64,000 bases of DNA from Yuukianura sp. NJ FZ-2021 (lineage: Eukaryota), in the NCBI GenBank assembly GCA_046563655.1, contig CM102290.1, forward strand, positions 124,001 through 188,000. Direction: 5' to 3'. The notes below the pieces were generated by a model. The model was not told the DNA's origin, ran no database searches, and saw only the letters and a list, made by a program, of their open reading frames with translations. Below are positions 53,563 to 64,000 of the stretch, in pieces. Made by a program: the position numbers and the translations under genes. Every line of letters starts with the position of its first letter. The first letter of the stretch is position 1.

Positions 53563-56500
53563 ATGTTTGGAGCAACTAGTACTTTCGGAGGTACTGCCCC
53601 TACCTTTGGAGCAAGTAAGATTGTTATGGAACATTATGATGTTACAAGGTTTCATGTTGATCAAAATACTCTTCTCATTTTGTAGCTTCGTTCACTGGCA
53701 CGAATACTGCCAACCCATTTGGAGCCACTCAGCAACCTGGAACCACTTCATTGTTCGGTGGAACTACTGGATTCAATTCACCCAGAGCTACTGGGTTCGG
53801 TGCTCCTTTTGGATCCCCACAACAATCAACGTCTCTCTTTGGACAACAAAATCGACTTGGAGGAAATACTACCATGTTCGGGAATACATCAGCAGTCGTC
53901 AGTCCTTTTGGAACTGCTTGTAAGTCTCATACAGCCCAACACTTTACATTCTACTTCAATCATAATTTTTAACTGTACTTTGCAGTACCTCAGGCCCAAG
54001 GCACGTCCATTCCGTTCACTGCCATCACTGGGAGTGACACGATGATGAAGAACGGCGTTGCATCTCCAATTAACACCAGACATCAGTGCATCACTTGCAT
54101 GAAGGAGTACGAACAGAAGTCTCTGGAGGAACTTCGTTTTGAAGATTATCAATTGGGTCGCAAAGGAACTAATCAGCAGCAGGGCACCGTATTTGGTACG
54201 TCTCAAGCTCAACCTACTGGACTCTTCTCATCAATTGCACCAGCAACTAACACAGTCACTGGATTTGGACAAACTAGACCCACTGCCACCTTTGGATCAG
54301 TTGCACCACAACCTTCAAGCACCGGTAAGTACTTTCAAAACACATTCCAAATTGTCTTATCTCTGTGTTCTAACGAATTGTGTGTAATTTTTATGGCAGG
54401 ATTATTTTCTAACTTGAATCAACCCAAGACAAATTTCTTTGGTACCCCCACTACGAACACGTTCGGATCCACTAATTCGGGGTTTACTGGATTCGCAGCA
54501 CCACAACCACAGCAACAGCAGAGTATCTTTGGACAAACAAATCCTGCTACTTCTACAATGGGTACAACTGGATTTAGTTTCAACCAACCCGCTCAACAAC
54601 AACCACAACAGCAGCAAATGGTAACAATTTAGTCCACCAATGACTCACTAACAACAAAAAGTGAATGAATAATCTAAAAACTACGCGAATAGTCTAAAAC
54701 ATTCAACGTTTTTCTTAGGGATTGGGCCCTTTTGGCCAAAAGCCATTGATTGCTACCGGGGCAACTTCTGCTCCATTTGGGTTTGGCACACAAACGAATC
54801 AAACCATGACCAAACCAAATACTCTTTTTAATACAACTCCAACATTTTCCAGTGGATTTGGAACTACTGCTCCACCCACCACCAACATCTTCTCCAACAC
54901 ACCCGTCTCCAAACCATTCTCATTCGGTAACACACTCACTTTTCAATCTTGTATCCTCATTTCACTTTAAAATGTTTTATGTTTAAATTTATATTTATGT
55001 TTAAATTTATATTTATGTTTAAATTTAAAATATTTGAAATGTGTAGGTATTCCTGCTTCGACTGCTCCCTCCTTCACATTTCCCAATCCAACTGTTCCAG
55101 CATTCAGCACTGGCGGCACTTCTTTATTTGGAGCACAAACCACAACGACTCCGTCCACTGGCTTCTCCGCCTTTGGCTCAGCCCCTATCACCACATCAAA
55201 CACAGGATTCACTGGATTCGGAAATACTTCCTTCGGAGCACCACCATCAACAGGATTCTCTTTTAATGCTGGCAGCACATTTGCTCAACCCAATCCTTTT
55301 CAGCCTCCGGCAGCTCCAGCAACTGGCCCTGTCCCCTTTGCTACTTCTCCATACAACGACTCTCCACTGTTCTACAATCTGGTGGTAAGTTCAATTTCAC
55401 AAACAAACAGATCACTTTCTTTCATATTTTTTCCTTTTCACTTTTTAGACTAACCGGAGTTTGGAGAACATGACAAAACCCACGAATCCTCTTGCCCAAC
55501 GAGCCATGAAGGAAGCTTCCAGAAGACGCTCGTCCACAGCAATTGGATCAAGCGCACAAACAATGTCCTTAAAACAAATGACTTTTCCTGTTACTAAACC
55601 AACTCCAAACAACAAGGTAAACCTTTCCATTTTTATCATCCACTTTTAACTTTCAGCTAACATTTTGACACTTTTCAGCAAAACTCCCTTTTTGACGGAT
55701 TTGAAGAAGAGGACCATGGGCCAGTCGTTGACATTTTGTCTCCAAAGACTTCCGTCAAGAAGTTGTCCATGAAAACTGTACGTGGAATGAGTCGACTTTC
55801 GCTTCCTTTGCCCTCAAACCGATCTATAAACGATACAGTTCAACTGGGATCCGTGTCGCTAACGGAATCTTCAGTTCTTGACAATTCCGTCTTGAGTAAC
55901 CGATCTTCAGAGGATGAAAATGCCAATGAAAGAGAAGCGGACATTGTTGGGCAGAACACAAGATCATCAGTTTCTCCAAGACAAACGGAATCGGGTGATG
56001 GAGACCGTGAAACAGTTCGTCATCTGTCTCCGCAGTCTGCTGTCGATGGTTCTGGCCAGACGAATTCAATTCATGAGCATAACACAGACACTTACGTCCC
56101 TCTGACACGTCAAGAGTTGGAGAGAGGAGGAGAGGGGAATCGGAGTCGTGTGATTTGTACAGTTCCAGGCTATTATGTCCAGCCATCCATCCCGGAACTG
56201 GATTTGTACACTGACAATGAAGGGAAGTGCTTCATTCGGGGTTTTTGTGTGGGCAGACACAACTATGGACAAGTGAGGTTTCTGGAGGCTGTGGACGTTG
56301 CTGGTCTCAACATTGACGAGCTAGGTATGAAATAGAATTTTTTAAAAGCTTCGAAAAAAAACTTAAAAAAAAATTTTTTTAGGTTTTTTTTTTTGGAAAG
56401 TAACTTTTGATTACTTTTGTTTACAGTGAAGTTTCGGCACAAGGAAGTGGCAGTTTACCCAGATGAAATGGAGTCTCCTCCTGTTGGCCAAGGACTCAAT

Positions 56501-59075
56501 GTCCCTGCGGAGGTTCATCTAGCTCGAGTGTGGCCATTCAATAAGAAAACACGAGAACACATCAAGGACATAGAGACAATTCGTGCGTTGAAGTACGAAG
56601 ACTTGCTCCGTCGATCCTGTGAACGCATGGACGTGGATTTTGTTTCTTATGATCCCGAAGAAGGTGTCTGGGTCTTCAGAGTGAGTCTATTTTCATCTAA
56701 TTCCCAATTCATTGTCTCGCATTCAGTGTAAGAACTGAAATATTTCACTTTTCAGTGAAAAATGACAAAAAAGGGGGGGAAACTGAAAGATTCACGAAAT
56801 AAACCTTTTCAGCATCTTTAATTTATTTCACTCATAAGCTGAAATATTTCGACGAAATATTTCAATTTCTTTCACTGTGTTTCAATTTGTTTCAGTGAAA
56901 TGAAAAAAAAAACATACTAGATGTACTTTTCAGTTAATTTCACTTTCTTTCGGTTTTTTTTTATTTCTTACAGTTTCTTCCACTGAAGCGTAAAAAACTA
57001 CCCGATCCTGAAATATATACAACACTGCTCTCATTTCTCATTGTTTTTGTGTTTCCTTTTAGGTGAAGCATTTTTCCAAGTATTCGTGTACTCCGGAAGA
57101 AGAAGATGAAGATGACATGATCCCTCCAGCACCAAAGATGCCAGCCAAAGGTCTGGGAGGATTGACTCCAGCCCAAATCCAACTCAGCTGCCCTCAAATC
57201 CCATTTGGCACCACTGACCAGACTCTGCAAGAAGAAGATTCTGGTTTGGGTATTCTGGAACACAACTCTGCCTACAAGAGGTTTCAAGGTTTGGATGATC
57301 TTTCGAAACAGTCAACCATGATGGTGTTGGAAGAACTTACACTTACAAAATCACAAGACATTTCAGTGGACATGGGCAGTAGAAGTATTCTGGAAAACAT
57401 TTTCTTCCCGGAAGATGAGCAGGGACGGACAGACAGACGACTTGTTCCGATGGACATGGAAGATGTGAGTGAGTACGAAGCCTTTCTGGAGAGATCAGGC
57501 ATTTATAGAGCAAGAGACGACTTTGAAGAGAAGGAAGATCGTATGATTAAGGCAGGATTTGGTCAACTGGCCATCAAGATTCCAGCTGTTGTCAAGGAGT
57601 CTGATTCTGTCTGTGTGTCAATGAAGAAGCCACCAAGTATCTGGAATCGCAGGAGAGAAGAAGTATCCAGAAAGCCAGTGTCAAAACCCTTCCAACTTTT
57701 CAAAATGATTGCCACTGATGGATCGTCGGTGAACGTCCCCCCGCGAAGTGCTCGTGTTTGCATGGGATCTAGAGGAAGATTTGTGCAAATCATGAACAAC
57801 CAAACTCCGTCTCAGTTTGTCCAGTTCAATGGCCAAGTTAGCCTCAATGTCATTTCCAACCCATCCAAGGAAATGATCAATTTCAAGCAAGTTTTGACGG
57901 AGCAGCTTGAACTTTACGTGGAACATTCGTTGGTGTCCAATGACACTTATGCCATTGGCGGTCCAGAGATCATTTTAGCCCATGCAGAAACGCTGTCGAC
58001 TATTCTTGGACATGGAAGTTTAGAAGCTGGCTCAAGTCTTGCTAAAAACCTCAAAGCGGAGAGAGAAGTTTGGAAGCTGATTGAAATTCTGAGTGGAAAT
58101 GGACAGGGGTTCCAGGGGGGCCCTGATCAAGAATTGGAACTTGTGCAGAGAGATCGTTTGGCGAAGTGGCTGCGAGGGAATGGAAGTATGCTGTTTTCCA
58201 CTCTGCATGTCCCTGGCGACACTTCAGTCAAAGGGTACCTGTTGAAGGGCATGAGACAAGAAGCAGCAAGACAAGCCACTCGGGACAAGAACTACACTTT
58301 GGCTTTGTGTCTTGCGCAGAATGGACTCCTGGCTAAGCTCCAATTGCGCTCTCAACTTTCATACTGGGAACAAGAGGGAGCTCTGCCGTTCGTCGACCCT
58401 GACTTGGTTGAATTGTATGGTCTCTGTGCTGGATTCCCCATTTGGGGTGACATGGACTTAAATAGAATGAGTACTTCTGAGTGGCTTCAACACTTTGCCA
58501 CTTTTGTGTGGTACGTCTGCCCGCCCTACTTTACAATTGACGAAGTTGTAGTCAATTTTCAAAATACTGTCAAAGACAACATTCCTGACGTTTCTGAGGA
58601 CTGGGCTGCTCCGGCGCTGGAAAATAGCGATTCATCTCTACCTAATCTCTGCATTCATCTTCTCAAAAAGTACTCTACAGTGGGATACCCGATGAACAAA
58701 CTCCTGTCTCCAAAAACTCTGACTCCGGATGTGCTGGACTACAAAGTATCGTGGTTTCTGCTCCAAGCTTTTCTTAAAGTAGGAGTTCAAATTGATGCAG
58801 AGTTGCTGGAGAGCATCACGACTGGATTTGCACAGCAACTGGAGATGCTTGGAATGTTTGAATGGGCTGTCTACGTACTCAAGTTTTTACCAAAGACGGA
58901 TGTCCGCCAAATCGCTGTGAAACGGCTTCTGGAGCGACATGTCACGCCGAGTCGTCGCTTGTTAACGGCGGACCAGTTCAAAGAAAAACTTGCACGTTTG
59001 GCGGACTTTGGTATTTCGGTAGAGGAACTAAAAGAATGCAAATTCCTGTACCAGAACTCTACGCAAGACGACTAA
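53563..59075 (+). CDS. Nup98-96: Nup98-Nup96 precursor (divergent)
   Basis: FG repeats, GLEBS motif (HQCITCMKEYEQKSLEELRFEDY), autoproteolytic domain (KPP-like PPVGQGLN, WVFR|VKHFSKY), and a helical Nup96 region (FAQQLEMLGMFEWAVYVL). Confidence 0.93.
56724..56974. repeat. Degenerate inverted-repeat element in a Nup98 intron
   Basis: TGTAAGAA...TTCTTACA ends with internal TGAAATATTTC and TTTCAG repeats; no clean TSD seen. Confidence 0.4.
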
Positions 59076-60720
59076 TTATAAATTTAATACACACAAAATA
59101 TAATGACGACCTTAGCCATAAACCTTCAAAAATTTAACTTTCAAAATTTGTAGTAATTTTTTTTGTGTGCACCGTACTATATGAAATTTGGCTTTTCCAA
59201 ATATTTTTCCCTCTTGTGAATGAATAGTGTACGATTTGTGTGAAAATATTTGTAAGACAGATCTTATTTTCCTGGTCTAAATTCCAGGGAGGTTATCCTT
59301 AATTTTTTTGTTTTCTCACTGGAGAAAGTAATTGTATGATTCTAAATTATTGAAAAAGATAGTGGAAATTGGAAATTCGGGAAAATTGGGAGTAAAACGT
59401 CGCTGAGTTTGAATTGAAAGTTTGAAACTTTGTTTGAGTTGGATGTGGGAGAGGGAAAGTGGGTCTTGTGAGCGTGTCTCCTTGGAACAACGTGAGTTTT
59501 GTTGCTTAAATTAAACTTTGGGAGAATGATGTTGTGATCTAAAAATAAATTGTTGGTTTTTAGGTTCAGTGATGACGGGATTCGTTTGGAGGAGCTCAAT
59601 TGGAAAGAAAAAGACGAAGAACAGGCAGAATCTCGACCAGGCGGAATTTCCTCTTTTCCTTGTTCGTTCTGTGCAAAATCAAAACCAGCATCTTCCTCAT
59701 CTTTACTTTCTCCAACCATCTTTTGTCAGATTCCACTTTAAAGTGGAAAGTTGAACTACATTGTTACAATTTTCAGCACCAAGTGGCTTATTCATCTAAA
59801 CTGCCGATATTACTGTTAATAAACGAATTCAACTTTTTGTTGAGTGCTCGATTTCAGTTTTTAAGTTGGAGAGAGGCTGGTAATGGCACCGGAATTAGAA
59901 GGTTCATCTTGTGCCAAAATTGGTTTGTGAAGAGATGATGACGCAGTGTGTCTCTTCTGTTTTGTTTCCACTGGAATTCAATTGGAAAATGGAAGTGAAG
60001 TTGTGCTGAATGATTTAAACGCAAAATCCTCCTCTTTTTAGCCAACTGATGATAGAAACAAAGCATTTTGTTCATTCTCGAGGTGAGTACAATTTATTTT
60101 ACAAACACAAATGAAGTGTGAAGGTTTTTCAAAATTTCAAATAGATTTGGCTCAGAGGAGGGGTCAAAGTTGTTTTGTAAAAAGTTAGGGAAAGTTTTGA
60201 ACTTTTGTCGTTCATCATCTCAACCTCTTCCCCCTCTTTTCATTGTCTTCCCTTTCACTTTCTCTCTATTGTGCGAAAAAGCTTTCTAAACTTTGGCTAA
60301 GTTTGTTTTAAAATGAATTTTGGAAGGAGGATGTTTTGAGTGTGTTTTGATGCATAAATGTCAAAGGGCATCTGGATCCTCTTCTGCCCAAATTGGATCC
60401 ACATTCTCAACATTTCAAACAAGATTTATTACAAACTTTGTCTTCAAAAGTTAAAAGTTAGGAAACTGGATCTACGTCCACTTCACCCACTTCATATTTC
60501 TCATTCAACACTTTTCCATTTCAAACAAATTCTAAACAAAGTTTCCACTTCCAACTCTTTCAAAACAACAACGTCATTAATTACAAAAACCAACCTAATT
60601 ACAACCTTTTGAGTCGCTCAATCCCAATCTCAAATCAGATTTCCGCCAACTCCAACATTTCACGAGTTACATCCGTATTTGTATGCATTCAGGTTTTTTT
60701 TTCACAAAAAAAATTTTTTT

Positions 60721-61290
60721 TTTTTAGAAAAACGGAAATTCAAAATGTCCCCTTTTGAATGTGTATTCACAGAGATTTTAAGTCGCTGCATCCGAATCTG
60801 CAATCAGATTCCCTGGCTCACGAGCCTTTCTCGAGATACCAACATTCTAATTTTTGTTGAAAAACTTTCAAAATTCATATTTTGGGAACGAAAAGCGATA
60901 GAGAGGTAAACTATTCGGATCTGAACTCATAAAAATATGCAGAATTTTTAGAAAAATTTGAAAAGTCCAAAATGAAACATCAAGTTTTTCGTCAAATTTT
61001 GAAAATAACCATGGACTATAGTCCATGGATTTTTTCCAAATTTGGTAAAAATTTGAGGCTATCTTTTTAAAATTTCTAAAATTACTTCATATTTTTGTGA
61101 ATTCAAAAGCGAAGAGTTTACCTCTCTATCGCTTCTCGTTCCCGAGTTATGAATTTTCATGGTTTTTCAAAAAACTTGGAATGTTTGTATCTCGAGAATG
61201 GCTCGTGAGCGAGGGAATCTGATTCCAGATTCGGATTCAGCGACTCAAAAGCTATAAGAATACACATTTCGAATTTTCGCTTTTCTAAAA
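60721..61290. repeat. Long imperfect palindrome (foldback element), with a further partial arm copy near 61360-61420
   Basis: Perfect centre CCATGGACTATAGTCCATGG (61009-61028); the arms match as reverse complements (e.g. aatcagattccctggctcacgagcc / ggctcgtgagcgagggaatctgatt). Confidence 0.85.
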
Positions 61291-61699
61291 TTTTCGAGAA
61301 CATTGGTTTTTTATATTTAGGTCAAAATGTTGGCTCCTCGTTTTAAATTGCTTTTTAAGTTCTTCATATTTTTATGAGTTCAGATCCGAAGAGTTCACAT
61401 CTCTATCGCTTTTTGTTATGGATTTTCAAAATTTTGAAAATTGAAATAAAAATTTCGAAAATTCCTGTATTCAGAACAAAATCCAGAATAACATGAACAA
61501 TTTGTTAAACTTAGTGTCAAAATCATTTTAATCAAAACTACTAATACAGGTAAAGAGTAAGAACAATTGACAAATTCTGATTTCCACGCACTCCAATATT
61601 TCCGGAGTTACATCGTTTCTTGTTTCCAAAAATAAATTGAATCAAGTTCAAATATTGGAAATTGTTTGGTTTCAGTTTGACCTTTGACCTCTTGAAATA

Positions 61700-62315
61700 A
61701 TGTCGTCTCCTGCCAAGGAGTTTTTGATTGACGCCGTGTATCCTGAGCATCTGTCGCGCCTGCGCAGAGGAGCGCCCAAGGCAGGCGACCATCCCTCTTC
61801 AGCAGCATGCAGACGCTCAGCCAGAAAACAACAACGCAAAGGGAACGCAGCCAGATTCAGAACTCAACCAGTCACTTTCCACGAAATTAAGGCAACAAAC
61901 ACACACGGAATCAACTTTTTAACAACATTTCTGGAATGAACTTTTAAAAAACACTTTTTAAACAAACTTTTGATATTTCAGGAAGTGGATGAGGACAATT
62001 TGGTAGAAGGAGAAGAATTGGGACCAGCCGCAGTCACTGCCGGATCAACAAGTAAATCCGAGTCTGACTTGAAACTCAAGTTTGAATTATTCTACAAATC
62101 AATCACCAGAGGTCAACTCTTCAAAGTTACACTTTTTTCAATGTTTTTCAAAAACTTCAAAATTTTTAAAACTTGTGTAAACTTTAGATTCTGGGACACC
62201 AGGAGACGGAGAAACGCCGAGTACAGCGTTAACTCAAATTCCGAAAGACGGAGAAAGCACCACTTTAAGTCCCGTCCCCCCTGGATTCAATCCCAGAAGT
62301 CGTCCGTCCCTGTAG
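61700..62315 (+). CDS. Small uncharacterised protein (about 149 aa) with an RFRTQPVTFHEIKEVDE motif
   Basis: Exons 61700-61891, 61982-62111, 62188-62315 join in frame, the first intron being GC-AG. Acceptor at 61675 and donor near 60082 suggest an upstream 5'UTR exon. Confidence 0.7.
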
Positions 62316-62790
62316 CCCTTAAGGGTCCTCTTTTTAAAAGACCGCATGTGATTGTTGCTTTTCCGTCGTTTTACGCTGCCATGTGACACGAAATCCAAAT
62401 GGCACATCCACTTAGAACTTAAGTAAACACAATTCACTTCCCTCCGGAACTTTTGTTTACTCTTTAGTCAAATTGTACTTGAGGTTAAATAATTTTAATT
62501 AATTACTTAAGTTATAAATGACAAGCACCGAATTCACTGGACAAGAATTTAACAGTTTCTACGACAAAAGGCAGTACAAACCTCTTAGGAGAGAGGGAAT
62601 ATTCAAACACACTTTCAGCACCTCCACAAACACTTACATCCACTTTAAAGGCATTAACTTCTGAATACTTAGACCAGTAAAGTTTAAGTTGACCTTGGAC
62701 CTGGAGGCCCAAAGGACAGGAGTGACCAGGAGTCGTTGTGGAGTAGTAGGTTGAGTGACCTCGAGATTCTCAGTTGGAGTGACCCCGAGG

Positions 62791-64000
62791 TCAAACCATG
62801 ACCTCAGTTGACGTAGTGGCAGACTTTCTCTCACGCAGGGAGTTCCTTGGTCCCATTGTCTGGAGCTCAGTCCCCTCCAGCCCCTCTACTATTGGATTCA
62901 GCCCAGTCGAATCCCCAACGGAACTTATCCTCGCCCGAGCCATCTCTTGCTTGATGATGATCTTCACAAACACAAAATTAAAACTAAATTTCCAGGAAAT
63001 CACTTTAAAAAGTAGACTTTTACCTCATTTGTCAAGTACGCCTCTCTCCGAACTTTCTCCGTTACGTTGTTCGGCACATCCGGAATTACCCACTTCAGAA
63101 CCATCACGGACAGGGCCACAAAGTTCTGCAATCAACACACCACAATCTCAAACTACAAATTTAAAATTTAAAAGTTTACATTTAAAAAAAAATAGGTTCG
63201 TACTTCAAAGATGACGATGAAAGCTAAGCGAGCCATCCACACCTACAAAATTTAAAAAAAGTAATTTTCAAAAAAATGTTGAGAAAATAAACTACAAATT
63301 ATTGGAAATACATCTCCTCCTCCATACTTACTTTCCAATAGTGTGTAGTTCGTTTATATCTGAAAAAAAGTTTTTAAAAAACGAAAAAAGAAGGTTAATT
63401 TATGAAAAATACTCTGAAAGAATATTTGAAATGAGTTTTTTAACGGTGACTGACCGTTCTCCCGGTGGCAAAGTGTGATTTGTACGGTACTCCTGATACC
63501 TGCTCATTCCAAAACAACTTTTTGGTACATTAAACTTTTAAATTTAAAGTTTGATGTGAATTTCGAAGTGTAAGATCCTACCTGCAGACAGTGACGACGT
63601 CCGTGTAGTTGGATATGAATGGCTTCGTGTTTCTACTAAACCCTTGTTCATTCACGTCAAAATAAGCCAAACTGTGCTCCAGGAATCCGTCCAGAGTTCG
63701 ATTCGGATTGATGTCTGGAAGGCCATACATGTACACCATCTTAGGAATGAAGTTGGAAGTGAAAGCAATGATAAAAGCCTACAAAAGTCAAAAGTCAAAA
63801 CTAAAATCACTTTCCTTAGTTGTTAAAATGTAATCACTTTGTGTTTTTACATTGGAAATGACAGCTAGTTTGCCTACTCCGTCCATGATTGCATACCACA
63901 CCCCAATGTCCCTCACTCGAGATCCCACTGGCCTTCGGTAGTAAGTGATCAGTTTCTTCGCATCCAGTCGCATTTCAAAGACGTTGTTAAGCAGGGCAAA
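62791..64000 (-). CDS. Anoctamin/TMEM16 family, 3' exons (partial)
   Basis: FALLNNVFEMRLDAKK, RRPV..RVRDIGVW, AFIIAFTSNFIP, CRY.EYR, ARLAFIVIFEN, WVIPDVP, RREAYLTNE; includes 28-, 39- and 45-nt micro-exons. Confidence 0.95.

Overview
Gene-dense, short-intron eukaryotic DNA, most likely from an arthropod (hexapod or other pancrustacean). This is inferred from the (TTAGG)n motifs, the insect-type MYRF N-terminus and an iPTH-type neuropeptide; the species cannot be determined. Spliced genes reconstructed by hand, in order: 3' end of furry (+), choline/ethanolamine kinase (-), MYRF (-), a loquacious/TARBP2-like dsRNA-binding protein (-), an orphan disordered protein (+), fatty acyl-CoA reductase (+), a 3-exon neuropeptide precursor of the insect parathyroid-hormone-like family (-), RpS3A (-), TMEM185 (+), NAP1 (+) hosting an intronic H/ACA snoRNA, a KIF3A-like kinesin (-), Nup98-96 (+), a small uncharacterised protein with a probable GC-AG intron (+), and the 3' end of an anoctamin (-). 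Introns and intergenic spaces hold at least eight non-autonomous DNA transposons, seven with an identifiable target-site duplication. The most notable items are largely invisible in the ORF track. They are the neuropeptide with an atypical amidated C-terminus, the snoRNA with a predictable 28S target, up to three alternative MYRF first exons (one about 75 bp behind the neighbour's poly(A) signal), and a C-terminally short, GLFG-less Nup98-96. All family assignments come from recalled motifs, not database searches.
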